The position numbers were made by a program, and so were the translations under genes. A DNA stretch of 64,000 nucleotides. It comes from an uncultured Lachnospiraceae bacterium (GTDB lineage Bacteria; Bacillota; Clostridia; Lachnospirales; Lachnospiraceae). The notes beneath the pieces are model-generated. The model saw only the letters and a program-made list of their open reading frames with translations. It had not been told where the DNA came from and did not search any database. How positions within the stretch are numbered: the stretch's first letter is position 1; the number at the start of each line of letters is the position of its first letter. This document shows, one piece after another, positions 1-10,660 of this stretch. Location: NCBI GenBank assembly GCA_949840805.1, contig CATKXR010000018.1, positions 4,096-68,095 of the forward strand. The letters run 5' to 3'.

Positions 1-1
1 G

Positions 2-796
2 CCTTCCGTGTTAAGCCAGTCGGTGATTCGAAGCTGTGATCCGTCTCTCTGCGCTCTGGCGGAGGAAATGTATGAGCGCCATGGGGACGAATTTTTAGAG
101 CCGGTCTTTCTGGCGTCTGTGCTCACTGCCTCGGCGGAGGAGACCTATGAGCGGTTTCATGAATTTTTGAAGCCGGACGGGATTTTACGGAAGCTGACAG
201 GGAAAAAGCAGGACGCCACAGGGGTGCTGTACGGGTTTGCCAAGATTGTGTATGACGAGGAGGAGGAAAAGTACGGGATTACTTTGGAGGAGATGAACAG
301 CCCTGTCAGGCAGCGTCAGGTGAACCGGTGGATTCCCGGTGGAATCGACCTGCGGTGGTATCCCCTTTTGCTGAATTATCCGGGGCGTTTTGCCAGCGGG
401 AGGCGAAACAGCTACAGTATGTACCGGAACTATTATGACTGGATGGTGGCAAAGCTGTACCGTCCGGATGTGGAGGAACTGCAGGAGCCTTATGGGAAAT
501 TTTTCTATGAGGGGGCTTTGCGGCTGACGCCCACTACGGACGGAATCCAGATGATGAAGCGATGTGGCTGGAAAAATTATACAGGGCTTTTGGCTGCCTG
601 TGTGACAGACGGAAGCTCCATTCCCTCTTACCTGATCCGCAGCCTGCTTAGCGAGATTCCCATGACCAACGAGGAGCTGGCCGGGGAGCTGGATCAGATG
701 ATTCAGCAGAGAAAGGGCAAAGTGACCAACGGCATCACGATTATGGAGCATTGGAGGGACGGGCTTTTAAGCGGGGTTCCGGTGGAAAAGCTGTAG
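2..796 (+). CDS. 5'-truncated hypothetical protein, C-terminal part of a large protein upstream of the Yeh-like operon
   Basis: Frame is open from the window edge to TAG at 796; codon style matches neighbours; no recognisable motif. Confidence 0.7.
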   Translation, partial: PSVLSQSVIRSCDPSLCALAEEMYERHGDEFLEPVFLASVLTASAEETYERFHEFLKPDGILRKLTGKKQDATGVLYGFAKIVYDEEEEKYGITLEEMNSPVRQRQVNRWIPGGIDLRWYPLLLNYPGRFASGRRNSYSMYRNYYDWMVAKLYRPDVEELQEPYGKFFYEGALRLTPTTDGIQMMKRCGWKNYTGLLAACVTDGSSIPSYLIRSLLSEIPMTNEELAGELDQMIQQRKGKVTNGITIMEHWRDGLLSGVPVEKL

Positions 797-888
797 GAGG
801 CCGCGGAAGAAGGCTGCTTTTGGGCGTTGTTGAATAAAATGGCATGGACCGGGTGAACCATACTTGGAAAGAGGAGGAGAAAAACAAA

Positions 889-1974
889 ATGGAGCAGAAT
901 GTGCAGCGGCTGCCTGCAGAGCAGCTTTTTCAGAATGAGATTGAGGCGTTGATTGCAAATGAGAAGTATCCGGTGCCTGCCGGATGGAGAATGTCCCCCC
1001 GGTCTGTGTTTACCTATATCTGTGGGGGAAAATCCGGGGATGTGGAGATCACGCCCAAATATATCGGCCATGAGCGGCTGGTGGAGATCGCTATCTCCAC
1101 ACTGGTGACGGACCGGGCCCTTCTTCTTATCGGGGAGCCGGGCACGGCGAAATCCTGGCTGTCGGAGCATCTGACCGCGGCCATTAACGGGGATTCTACC
1201 AGGGTCATTCAGGGAACAGCCGGGACGACGGAGGAACAGATCCGGTATTCCTGGAACTATGCCATGCTGATTGCCAACGGCCCTTCTAAGGAAGCCATGA
1301 TTCCCAGTCCCATTTACCGCGCTATGGAGCAGGGGATGATTGCCAGGGTGGAGGAGATATCCCGGTGCGCGTCGGAGGTGCAGGATGCATTGATTTCCAT
1401 TTTGTCGGAGAAACGGATCTCTGTGCCGGAGCTGGGGGTGGAGATTCCAGCCAGAAAGGGATTTTCTGTGATTGCCACGGCCAACACCAGGGATAAGGGC
1501 GTCAACGAGATGTCGGCTGCCTTAAAGCGGCGGTTTAATATTGTGGTGCTGCCTGCCCCGGACAGCTTAGAGGCGGAGATGGATATTGTGGAGACCAGGA
1601 TCCGGCAGCTTTCCGGAAGTCTGGATCTGAATGCCCGGCTGCCGGAGGAGGAAGTGGTGCGGAAGGTATGTACCATTTTCCGGGAGCTTCGCGGCGGGGT
1701 GACGCTGGACGGAAAGCAGAAGCTGAAGCCTACCTCCGGGGTTCTTTCTACAGCGGAGGCCATTTCCCTGCTTGCCAACAGTATGGCGCTGGCGGGAAGC
1801 TTTGGAGACGGCGGGATTACGGACCGTGACCTGGCGGCAGCACTTCAGGGAGCCGTGGTGAAGGAGGACAGCAAGGACGGAAAGACCTGGGAGGAGTATC
1901 TGGAGAATATTATGAAGAAACGAGGGTCAAAGTGGCTGTCTTTGTATCAGGAATGTAAGGAGCTGAACCGCTGA
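889..1974 (+). CDS. MoxR-type AAA+ ATPase (YehL-like)
   Basis: Walker A GEPGTAKS, Walker B variant ARVEE, ATANTRD, SAALKRRF arginine finger; RBS GAGGAGG upstream of ATG 889. Confidence 0.9.
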   Translation: MEQNVQRLPAEQLFQNEIEALIANEKYPVPAGWRMSPRSVFTYICGGKSGDVEITPKYIGHERLVEIAISTLVTDRALLLIGEPGTAKSWLSEHLTAAINGDSTRVIQGTAGTTEEQIRYSWNYAMLIANGPSKEAMIPSPIYRAMEQGMIARVEEISRCASEVQDALISILSEKRISVPELGVEIPARKGFSVIATANTRDKGVNEMSAALKRRFNIVVLPAPDSLEAEMDIVETRIRQLSGSLDLNARLPEEEVVRKVCTIFRELRGGVTLDGKQKLKPTSGVLSTAEAISLLANSMALAGSFGDGGITDRDLAAALQGAVVKEDSKDGKTWEEYLENIMKKRGSKWLSLYQECKELNR

Positions 1975-4454
1975 TGGGAGGCAAAGTGAAGGGTAAGGGA
2001 GAGAAAAAAGGCCCTCATGTGTTTGGAATCCGCCATTTGTCGCCGGCAGGAGCTTATTATGTGAGAAAGTTTTTGGACGAGATTTCGCCGGATTTGGTGC
2101 TGATTGAGGGACCGTCTGATTTTACGGAGCTGATAGGGGATCTGGGAGATCCTCAGGTGAAGCCTCCGGTGGCAGTGATGGCCTATACGGAGGAACTGCC
2201 TGTTCGGACGATCTTGTATCCGTTTGCCGTGTATTCGCCGGAGTATCAGGCGGTTCTGTGGGCTAAGGAGCATGGGTGCGAGTGCAGGTTCTGCGATCTG
2301 CCTTCTCAGGTGTTCCTCGGGATTGAGGAGAAAAGGCGGATTCGGGAGCGGGAGAAGCTGGTGTGCGGGGAGGAAACGGAATCCGAGGAGGAAACGGAGT
2401 GGGGGGAAGAAAGGGGGGGCGGAGAGGAAACGCAGTCTGGGGAAGAAACGGGGGGCGGAGAGGAAACGCAGTCTGAGGAAGAAGCGGGATGCGGAAAAGA
2501 AAAGCGGTTCGTGGAAAATTCAAAAATTGAAGGCGGAATGAGAGAGGGGGAAAGTCCCACCGCGTATGTTTATCGGCGGCTGGGAGAATGCTCTGGCGAC
2601 GGAGATCAGGAAACCTTCTGGGAGCGTACTCTGGAGCATGCCCTTGACGAGAAGGGATACCAGCGGGGCGCCGCGGAATTTGGGCGGTCTCTGCGGGAGC
2701 TTTCCATGGGAGACGGGGAGGAGGATGCGGAGAACCTGGTTCGGGAAGCCTACATGCGCCGGGTGATTGCCCAGGCAGGCAAGGAAGGATTTTCACCGGA
2801 TAAGATTGTGGTGGTCACAGGAGCATTTCACATGGAAGGGCTGCTTTCAGGGGAAAAGCCCATGACGGACAGGGAGCTCAAGAAGCTTCCCAGAATGGAA
2901 GTGAAAAAGACCCTGATGCCTTATTCTTATTTCCGGCTTTCCGAGAGAGCCGGGTATGGGGCAGGGAACCGGGCTCCCGCGTATTATGAGCTTTTGTGGG
3001 ACGGGCTTTGCCGGGAGATGCCGGATTATACGGGGCGGCGGTATCTTGCCGCTTTGGGGGCGTATCAGCGGGAGCATGGCAATCTGGTGTCTTCTGCGGA
3101 GATTATTGAGGCGGTGCGTCTGGCAGGTTCTCTGGCCGGGCTTCACGGCGCACGTCTCCCTGCCCTGCGGGATCTGCGGGACGCCGCAGTAACCTGTATG
3201 GGCCATGGCAGTTTTTCGGAGATTGCCCTGGCAGTGGCGGACACAGAGATCGGAACCAAGATCGGAAGCCTGCCGGAAGGGGTGAGCCAGACTTCCATTC
3301 AGTCGGATTTTTATCGGCAGTTAAAGGAGCTGCGGCTGGAAAAATATAAGTCGGTAAGCGCCCAGGAACTTTCCCTTGATCTGCGGGAAAAGCTGACGGT
3401 AAAGTCGGAGCGGGCGGCTTTTCTTGATCTGGACCGGTCGTTTTTCCTTCACAGGCTTCGGGTGCTTGGCATTTGCTTTGGTTCTTTGCAGGCAGTGAGG
3501 CAGGAGCGGGCGACCTGGGCGGAGCAGTGGACGCTCCGGTGGACGCCGGAGGCGGAGATGCAGATTGTGGAGGCAGTGTTAAAGGGAGATACGGTGGAGC
3601 AGGCCGCTTCTTTTGAGCTGCGGGAGAGAACCATGAACGCAGGAATATCAGGCATAGCCCAGGTGATCGAGGAAGCTTGTAACTGCGGAATGCCCACTTC
3701 CATGGAGTATGCGGTAAATGCCCTTCAGAGCACGGCAGTGGACGCGGTGGCAGTGACGGAGATTGCCGAGACGGCAGGCCGGCTTTCGGTTGTCCTTCGC
3801 TATGGAGATATCCGCAGGCTGAACCGGGACCCACTGGTTCCTATTTTATCTCAGTTGTTTCTTCGTGCCTGTCTGATTTTGGCAGGGGAGTGCGTCTGTG
3901 ACGACGGGGCGGCAAAGCTTCTTGCCCAGTCCATGGTGACGCTTCATCAGGTGTCTGTAAACCACGATTTCCTGGATGGGGAGAGATGGCGGAAGGTGCT
4001 GACAGAGATTGCCACACGGGATGATTTGAACACCCGGCTTTCAGGGCTTGCGGCGGCCATTCTTCTGGAAATGGGACAGATGGACAGTGAAGAACTGGGG
4101 CGTGAGGTGGAGCGGCGGCTTTTCAAAGGCATTCCCGCAGAGCTGGGAGCAGGGTGGTTTGAGGGCCTGTCCATGAAGAATCATTATGCGTTGATTGCGC
4201 GGCTTACCTTGTGGGAGAAGCTTAGTGATTATCTGGATACCCTGGACGACGAGGAATTTAAGAGGGCGCTGGTGTTTCTGCGCCGCGCTTTTGCGGATTT
4301 TACATCAGAGGAAAAGAATCAGATTGCGGAAAATCTGGGAGAAATCTGGCAGGTGAATCCGGCCCAGGTCAGCGAGGTGCTAAACGGGCCGGTGTCAGAG
4401 GAGGAGCTTTCCATGCTGTCTGGATTGGATGAGTTTGATTTTGGGGATATTTGA
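1974..4454 (+). CDS. DUF5682 / YehM-like protein
   Basis: FGIRHLSP, LIEGP, VVTGAFH and GYGAG motifs; lies between the MoxR ATPase and VWA genes; start overlaps the upstream stop. Confidence 0.85.
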   Translation: MGGKVKGKGEKKGPHVFGIRHLSPAGAYYVRKFLDEISPDLVLIEGPSDFTELIGDLGDPQVKPPVAVMAYTEELPVRTILYPFAVYSPEYQAVLWAKEHGCECRFCDLPSQVFLGIEEKRRIREREKLVCGEETESEEETEWGEERGGGEETQSGEETGGGEETQSEEEAGCGKEKRFVENSKIEGGMREGESPTAYVYRRLGECSGDGDQETFWERTLEHALDEKGYQRGAAEFGRSLRELSMGDGEEDAENLVREAYMRRVIAQAGKEGFSPDKIVVVTGAFHMEGLLSGEKPMTDRELKKLPRMEVKKTLMPYSYFRLSERAGYGAGNRAPAYYELLWDGLCREMPDYTGRRYLAALGAYQREHGNLVSSAEIIEAVRLAGSLAGLHGARLPALRDLRDAAVTCMGHGSFSEIALAVADTEIGTKIGSLPEGVSQTSIQSDFYRQLKELRLEKYKSVSAQELSLDLREKLTVKSERAAFLDLDRSFFLHRLRVLGICFGSLQAVRQERATWAEQWTLRWTPEAEMQIVEAVLKGDTVEQAASFELRERTMNAGISGIAQVIEEACNCGMPTSMEYAVNALQSTAVDAVAVTEIAETAGRLSVVLRYGDIRRLNRDPLVPILSQLFLRACLILAGECVCDDGAAKLLAQSMVTLHQVSVNHDFLDGERWRKVLTEIATRDDLNTRLSGLAAAILLEMGQMDSEELGREVERRLFKGIPAELGAGWFEGLSMKNHYALIARLTLWEKLSDYLDTLDDEEFKRALVFLRRAFADFTSEEKNQIAENLGEIWQVNPAQVSEVLNGPVSEEELSMLSGLDEFDFGDI
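2368..2510 (+). repeat. Imperfect 18-bp (6-aa) tandem repeat inside the DUF5682 gene
   Basis: GEETES/EEETEW/GEERGG/GEETQS/GEETGG/GEETQS/EEEAGC units. Confidence 0.8.
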
Positions 4455-4476
4455 AAGAGAAAGGAAGCCTTGACAA

Positions 4477-5682
4477 ATGGAGACGAAGGAGCGGATGAAA
4501 CGCTGGCGCCTGATTTTGGGGGAGGAGAGCCAGGGCCGGTTTGAGACCATGGACGGCGGGGGAGGGGCCTTGCTGAATGAGGAGCAGTGGATGATGGACC
4601 AGGCTCTGGCCGCCATTTATAATAAAAGCTCTGCCGGGGGATTTGGCTCTGGCGGGCCGGGAGCGGGAAAGGGACCGTCCAATCCTCAGATTACCCGGTG
4701 GCTGGGAGACGTGCGGACTCTTTTTGACAAGGAGCTGGTGAAAATCGTCCAGGCAGATGCCATGGAGCGGTGCGGTTTAAAGCAACTGATCTTTGAGCCG
4801 GAACTTTTGGAACAGATGGAGCCGGACATGAATCTTGCCACCACGATTCTTCTTTTAAAGGATCAGGTTCCCAAAAGGAGCAAGGAGAGTGTCCGGGAGT
4901 TTATGGCAAAGATCGTGGAGGAAATCAACAAGCTTTTAGAAAATGATATAAGGCGCGCGGTGACGGCGGCAGTCAACAGGCGGCAGCATTCCCCCATACC
5001 GTCAGCGGCAGCCTTGGATTTTCCCACCACCATACGCCGGGGAATCAAGAATTATAACCCGGACCTGAAAAAGATCATTCCGGAACACTATTATTTCTTT
5101 GACCGGACCACCCTTACGGCGGCCAGCAAGTATACAGTGATTCTGGATGTGGACCAGAGCGGTTCCATGGGGGAGTCTGTGATTTATTCTTCCATTATGA
5201 GCTGTATTCTGGCAAGCATGGCGGCTATCCGCACCAGAATCGTGGCTTTTGACACCCAGGTGGTGGACCTGACGGAGAAATGTGAGGATCCGGTGGACCT
5301 GTTGTTTGGTTTCCAGTTGGGAGGCGGTACGGATATTAATAAATCCATTGCCTACTGCCAGCAGTTTATGGAGAATCCCAAAAAGACCTTGTTCTTCCTG
5401 ATCAGCGATCTGATGGAAGGGGGCAACCGTGCCGGGCTTTTGCGCCGTCTGGAGGAGATGAAGGAGTCGGGGGCAACCGTGGTGTGCCTCCTTGCCATTG
5501 CGGACGGAGGAAAGCCTTACTATGATGCCCAGATGGCCCAGAGAATCGCCGGTCTGGGGATTCCCTGCTTTGCCTGTAATCCTCAAAAACTGCCTCAGCT
5601 TTTGGAGCGCGCCCTTAAGGGACAGGATCTTATGGCGTTTCAGGGGGAGTTTGAGGAAAAGGGAGGATTTAAAAATATTTGA
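4477..5682 (+). CDS. VWA domain protein (YehP/CoxE-like)
   Basis: RWRLILG N-terminus, MIDAS DQSGS, GGGTDI, ISDL. Confidence 0.9.
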   Translation: METKERMKRWRLILGEESQGRFETMDGGGGALLNEEQWMMDQALAAIYNKSSAGGFGSGGPGAGKGPSNPQITRWLGDVRTLFDKELVKIVQADAMERCGLKQLIFEPELLEQMEPDMNLATTILLLKDQVPKRSKESVREFMAKIVEEINKLLENDIRRAVTAAVNRRQHSPIPSAAALDFPTTIRRGIKNYNPDLKKIIPEHYYFFDRTTLTAASKYTVILDVDQSGSMGESVIYSSIMSCILASMAAIRTRIVAFDTQVVDLTEKCEDPVDLLFGFQLGGGTDINKSIAYCQQFMENPKKTLFFLISDLMEGGNRAGLLRRLEEMKESGATVVCLLAIADGGKPYYDAQMAQRIAGLGIPCFACNPQKLPQLLERALKGQDLMAFQGEFEEKGGFKNI

Positions 5683-5749
5683 CGGAGATACTCGTGAGCC
5701 GGGTTATTTGGCAAATAAGGATGCTTGTAAGTTTAGAAGGAGAACAACA

Positions 5750-6625
5750 ATGGATTATATGATTCGGGCCACGGCTGCCGGAGGGCAGGTCCGGGCATTT
5801 GCGGCCACCACCCGGGACACTGTGGAATCGGCCAGGGCGGCTCACAATACCAGTCCGGTGGCAACGGCCGCATTGGGACGGCTCCTGACCGGAAGCGCCA
5901 TGATGGGTGCTATGATGAAAGGGGAGAAAGATCTTCTGACCATAAAAATAGAAGGGGATGGCCCTATCGGCGGGATGACCGTGACGGCGGATTCAAAGGG
6001 AAATGTAAAGGGATATGCTGTCTGCCCGGAGGTGATGCTTCCCCCCAATGAAAAAGGAAAGCTGGATGTAGGCGGGGCTTTGGGCCTGGGAGTGCTGACC
6101 GTAATCAAGGATCTGGGGATGAAGGAACCGTATGTGGGACAGACTATTCTGGTGACTGGGGAGATTGCGGAGGATCTGACTTATTATTTTGCCACTTCGG
6201 AACAGACGCCCTCCAGCGTGGCCCTGGGCGTATTGATGAACCGGGAGAATACGGTGCGCCAGGCCGGGGGATTTATCCTGCAGATGATGCCAGGCGTGTC
6301 GGAGGAGGTTGTTTCCGGGCTGGAGAAAAGGCTTTCCCAGATGGTTTCCGTGACAGCCCTTTTGGAGGAGGGAAAGACGCCGGAAGAAATTTTAAAACAT
6401 GTTTTAGGGGATTTGGATCTGGAAATTTTGGATCGGATGCCTGTGAAATTTTTTTGTAATTGTTCTAAGGAGAGGATTGAAAAGGCCCTGGTCAGCGTGG
6501 GCAGGCAGGAATTGCAGGAAATGATTGACGAGGGGAAGACCATTGAGGTGAATTGTCATTTCTGCGGCAGGCATTATCCGGTGACGGTGGAAGAACTAAA
6601 AGGGCTGCTTTTACAGGCGCGGTAA
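5750..6625 (+). CDS. hslO: Hsp33 redox-regulated chaperone
   Basis: ATAALGRLLT, GEIAEDLTYYFATSEQTPS, C-terminal CNC and CHFC zinc ligands; RBS AAGGAG. Confidence 0.95.
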   Translation: MDYMIRATAAGGQVRAFAATTRDTVESARAAHNTSPVATAALGRLLTGSAMMGAMMKGEKDLLTIKIEGDGPIGGMTVTADSKGNVKGYAVCPEVMLPPNEKGKLDVGGALGLGVLTVIKDLGMKEPYVGQTILVTGEIAEDLTYYFATSEQTPSSVALGVLMNRENTVRQAGGFILQMMPGVSEEVVSGLEKRLSQMVSVTALLEEGKTPEEILKHVLGDLDLEILDRMPVKFFCNCSKERIEKALVSVGRQELQEMIDEGKTIEVNCHFCGRHYPVTVEELKGLLLQAR

Positions 6626-6758
6626 AGGATGGCGGAACACAGGGACATGGCTTGATTCTAAGGCAGAAGGCAAATGTAAAATGTTTCCAGGATATTTTCC
6701 CGTAAGCTGCCATCAAATGCAGAAAGAGTGATTATTATAATATGAGGAGGGGTAAAGA

Positions 6759-7544
6759 ATGATCGACTATTCGGAGCAGGCAGGGAAAATGTACCACATT
6801 CAGGTGGGAAAAGGGGAAGTAGGACGGTATGTGATACTTCCGGGAGATCCAAAAAGGTGCGAGCGGATTGCCAAATATTTTGACGAGCCGAAGCTGGTGG
6901 CGGACAGCCGGGAATATGTGACCTACACCGGGACGTTAGACAGGGTGAAGGTGAGCGTGACCTCTACCGGCATCGGAGGGCCTTCGGCGGCCATTGCCAT
7001 GGAGGAACTGGCCCGGTGCGGAGCCGATACGTTTCTGCGGGTTGGCACCAGCGGGGGGATGGACCTGCAGGTGAAAAGCGGCGATTTGGTGGTGGCAAAC
7101 GGCGCGGTGCGCATGGAGGGAACCAGCAGGGAGTATGCGCCCATAGAATTTCCTGCGGTGCCGGATTTCGGGGTGACGGCGGCACTTGTGGAGGCGGCAC
7201 AAAAGCTTGGCCAGACTTTCCATGTGGGAGTAGTGCAGTGTAAGGATTCTTTTTACGGACAGCATTCACCGGAGACGAAGCCGGTAGCACGGGAACTGAT
7301 GGATAAATGGGACGCCTGGGTGAAGCTGGGCTGTAAGGCTTCCGAGATGGAGTCGGCCGCCGTGTTTGTGGTGGCGGATTATCTGAAGGTGCGGGCAGGC
7401 ACGGTTCTTTTGGTGATGGCCAATCAGGAGCGGGCCAAGGCCGGGCTGGACAATCCGGTAGTGCATGATACGGATGCGGCCATACGGACGGCTGTGGAGG
7501 CGGTAAGGATTTTAATCCAAAGGGACAAGAAGCCAGGCCAATAG
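6759..7544 (+). CDS. udp: Uridine phosphorylase
   Basis: [43 protein letters not shown]. Confidence 0.93.
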   Translation: MIDYSEQAGKMYHIQVGKGEVGRYVILPGDPKRCERIAKYFDEPKLVADSREYVTYTGTLDRVKVSVTSTGIGGPSAAIAMEELARCGADTFLRVGTSGGMDLQVKSGDLVVANGAVRMEGTSREYAPIEFPAVPDFGVTAALVEAAQKLGQTFHVGVVQCKDSFYGQHSPETKPVARELMDKWDAWVKLGCKASEMESAAVFVVADYLKVRAGTVLLVMANQERAKAGLDNPVVHDTDAAIRTAVEAVRILIQRDKKPGQ

Positions 7545-7603
7545 GGCAAGAAAGACGACATCCAGAGGGGCGGGGAGCCAGTCTGGCCGGGTGAATGGGA
7601 GTT

Positions 7604-7692
7604 AGGAAAGAAAAGAGGCGGGGGAAGAAAGCAGTTAGGAAAAGAAAAACAGCCAAGGAAAGAAAAGCAGCCAGGAAAGAAAAGGAGCAGGG
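7604..7692 (+). repeat. Degenerate 17-18-bp purine-rich tandem repeat (GGAAAGAAAAGCAGCCA-like) between udp and deoC
   Basis: About 5 imperfect copies visible. Confidence 0.55.
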
Positions 7693-7698
7693 AACAGT

Positions 7699-8373
7699 AT
7701 GGAGAGAAAAGAGATTCTAGGACATGTGGATCACACCCAGTTATCCCAGACAGCGGATTGGGCGTCCATAAAAAGTCTTTGTGATGAGGCAATTTATTAC
7801 GGAACGGCTTCCGTCTGCATTCCCCCCTGTTTTGTGAAACAGGCCAAGGACTATGTTAAAGACCAGATGAAGGTGTGTACGGTCATTGGATTTCCCAATG
7901 GATATCACACCACGGCGGTGAAGGTGTTTGAGACAGAACAGGCGGTCAGGGACGGGGCAGATGAGATTGATATGGTGATCCGTATCGGATGGGTGAAAGA
8001 AGGGCGGTTTGACCTGGCGGAGGAGGAGATCCGTCAGGTGAGAAAAGCCTGTGAGGGGAAAATCCTGAAGGTGATCATTGAAACCTGTCTGCTTACCCGG
8101 GAAGAAAAGATCCATATGTGCCAGGCAGTAGGAAATGCCGGCGCGGATTATATTAAGACTTCCACCGGTTTTTCCAAGGCCGGTGCAACCTTTGAAGATA
8201 TTGCGCTGTTTGCGGAGCATGTAAGCGGCAAGGTAAAGATTAAGGCTGCCGGAGGAATATCTTCTCTGGAGGATGCAGAACGTTTTCTAAGTCTGGGCGC
8301 AGACCGGCTGGGAACCAGCAGGATTGTGAAGCTGGTAAAGGAGGAACAAGCTGGCGGGAGCCAGGCAACCTGA
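7699..8373 (+). CDS. deoC: Deoxyribose-phosphate aldolase
   Basis: [41 protein letters not shown]. Confidence 0.95.
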   Translation: MERKEILGHVDHTQLSQTADWASIKSLCDEAIYYGTASVCIPPCFVKQAKDYVKDQMKVCTVIGFPNGYHTTAVKVFETEQAVRDGADEIDMVIRIGWVKEGRFDLAEEEIRQVRKACEGKILKVIIETCLLTREEKIHMCQAVGNAGADYIKTSTGFSKAGATFEDIALFAEHVSGKVKIKAAGGISSLEDAERFLSLGADRLGTSRIVKLVKEEQAGGSQAT

Positions 8374-8453
8374 TCCGGGAGTGCCGGAAAGGACTTTTTG
8401 CCGCTTACGGGAAGGCACTGTTCATGAAAGACAAAGAAGACAAGGAGGCCGGG

Positions 8454-8867
8454 ATGATTACGGAGAAAGAATTGATCCGCAAGGCCATAGAGGCCATGGA
8501 AGCCGCTTACACCCCTTATTCGGGGTTTCGGGTAGGGGCGGCTCTTCTGACAGAGGACGGAAAGGTTTATCAGGGCTGCAATATTGAGAATGCTGCTTAT
8601 ACCCCTACGGTCTGTGCAGAGAGAACGGCATTTTTTAAGGCAGTCAGCCAGGGAGAGCGGCATTTTTCGGCGATTGCCATTGTGGGGGGAAAAGACGGAG
8701 TCCTAAAAGACTTTACGGCTCCCTGCGGAGTCTGCAGGCAGGTGATGCGGGAATTTTGCCAGCCGGACGTGTTTCGGATTATTCTGGCAAAGGATGAGGA
8801 GCACTGGAAGGAGTATCGTTTATGCGAGCTTCTGCCGGAAGGGTTTGGGCCGGAAAATCTGCAATAG
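8454..8867 (+). CDS. cdd: Cytidine deaminase
   Basis: [34 protein letters not shown]; RBS AAGGAGG before ATG 8454. Confidence 0.95.
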   Translation: MITEKELIRKAIEAMEAAYTPYSGFRVGAALLTEDGKVYQGCNIENAAYTPTVCAERTAFFKAVSQGERHFSAIAIVGGKDGVLKDFTAPCGVCRQVMREFCQPDVFRIILAKDEEHWKEYRLCELLPEGFGPENLQ

Positions 8868-8884
8868 AAAGGAGTGACAGGAAG

Positions 8885-10081
8885 ATGGCAGGAAAATCGT
8901 GGAACCGGGTTTTTGTGATCGTAATCGATTCTCTGGGAATAGGAGGAGCAGCGGATGCATGGGAGTATAAAGATCAGGGAACCGATACCCTGGGACATAT
9001 AGCAGAACGTGTGGAGCACCTCCGGATCCCGAATCTTCAGAAGCTGGGACTGGCAAATCTCCATCCATTAAGGCAGGCGGCTCCCGTGGAGCAGCCGCTG
9101 GGTTATTACTTGAGGCTGAATGAGAGAAGCCGGGGCAAGGACACCATGACCGGACACTGGGAAATGATGGGCCTGAAGACCGAAAAACCTTTTATAACCT
9201 TTACCGACACGGGATTTCCGCCGGAATTGATTGAGGAGCTGGAAAAGCGTACCGGGCATAAGGTGATCGGCAATAAGAGCGCAAGCGGAACCGCCATATT
9301 GGAGGAACTGGCAGAGGAGGAGATTGCCACCGGCCATATGATCGTCTATACCTCTGCAGATTCTGTCCTGCAGATCTGCGGGAATGAGGAGACCTTTGAC
9401 TTAAAGGAACTGTACCGGTGCTGTGAGATTGCCCGGGAATTGACCATGCGGGATGAGTGGAAGGTGGGGCGGGTCATTGCCAGGCCTTATGTGGGGAAAA
9501 AGCGGGGAGAATTTACGCGGACCAGTAACCGGCATGATTATGCGGTGCCTCCTTTTGGAAGGACGGCTTTGGACGCCATGAAGGAAAAAGGGCTGGATGT
9601 GATTTCCGTGGGAAAGATCCAGGACATTTTTGCCGGATGCGGAATCACCAGGGCGCTGAAATCCAAAAGCTCGGTTCATGGAATGGAACAGACCATAGAG
9701 ACAGCGGGAGAAAATTTCCATGGCCTTTGCTTTGTGAACCTGGTGGATTTTGACGCCTTGTGGGGACATCGGAGGGATCCGGAAGGATATGCGGGGGAGC
9801 TGGAGCGTTTTGACAGGAAGCTGGGGGAACTGCTGCATGTGCTTCGGGAAGATGATCTGCTGATGATTACGGCGGACCATGGCAATGACCCTACTTACAC
9901 AGGGACGGACCATACCAGGGAACAGGTGCCTCTCCTCATATACGGAAAGAATTTGGAAGGAAGCGGAGAACTGCCGGAGGCCGATACCTTTGCCGTGGTG
10001 GGAGCCACGGCGGCGGATGTATTCGGGATCCCGATGCCAGAGGGGACGATCGGGTCTTCCCTGCTGTCTCGTATTGGGTGA
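8885..10081 (+). CDS. deoB: Phosphopentomutase
   Basis: [49 protein letters not shown]. Confidence 0.95.
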   Translation: MAGKSWNRVFVIVIDSLGIGGAADAWEYKDQGTDTLGHIAERVEHLRIPNLQKLGLANLHPLRQAAPVEQPLGYYLRLNERSRGKDTMTGHWEMMGLKTEKPFITFTDTGFPPELIEELEKRTGHKVIGNKSASGTAILEELAEEEIATGHMIVYTSADSVLQICGNEETFDLKELYRCCEIARELTMRDEWKVGRVIARPYVGKKRGEFTRTSNRHDYAVPPFGRTALDAMKEKGLDVISVGKIQDIFAGCGITRALKSKSSVHGMEQTIETAGENFHGLCFVNLVDFDALWGHRRDPEGYAGELERFDRKLGELLHVLREDDLLMITADHGNDPTYTGTDHTREQVPLLIYGKNLEGSGELPEADTFAVVGATAADVFGIPMPEGTIGSSLLSRIG

Positions 10082-10105
10082 TTTCGTGGATGATTGAAAC
10101 AAAAG

Positions 10106-10143
10106 AAAAGCTGCTTGGGGGATTTGCCCTGTAGCAGCTTTTT
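10106..10143. terminator. Probable bidirectional intrinsic terminator between deoB and cspA
   Basis: AAAAGCTGCT...AGCAGCTTTTT inverted repeat. Confidence 0.75.
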
Positions 10144-10307
10144 GCGTTGCGCAGAATTATACTCACAAGTATAAAAACCAATTCTTGAAACCAGGATATT
10201 GTGGAAAGTAAAATACTTATTTTCAGCAGCCGCTCCTGTTCCGGGATGGCCGGGCAGTCCGGATATTGCCCGGAATGCTTAAGCGACGGCTCTTTATATA
10301 CAATTCC

Positions 10308-10508
10308 TTACACTGTGGTTACATGAATGGCTTGAGGGCCTTTGGCGCCTTCTGTTACTTCAAATGATACGCTGGCTCCTTCTTCTAAGGTCTTGTAGCC
10401 TTCCATATCCAGACCAGAGTAATGAACGAATACATCGTTGCCTTGCTCGTCAGAGATAAAGCCATAGCCTTTCTGATTGTTGAACCACTTGACTGTACCT
10501 TTGCTCAT
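10308..10508 (-). CDS. cspA: Cold-shock protein
   Basis: [21 protein letters not shown] (RNP1/RNP2); RBS GGAGG. Confidence 0.95.
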   Translation of the reverse strand: MSKGTVKWFNNQKGYGFISDEQGNDVFVHYSGLDMEGYKTLEEGASVSFEVTEGAKGPQAIHVTTV

Positions 10509-10660
10509 GATATTACCTCCAAATAGAAATAGAAAAAATATGCTGCGGTTTTCGCAACTTTTCTTAGAATATCATAGAAAGAATATTCTGTCAAATAATT
10601 TTGTTATATTTTTGCCTTTATCTTTTGGGACGGATCATTTTATCATGCCAGGCCGTAAAG

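Noticed and set aside
5492-5749. N-terminal extension of hslO in the ORF track
   Set aside because: Overlaps the VWA gene; RBS and homology begin at ATG 5750
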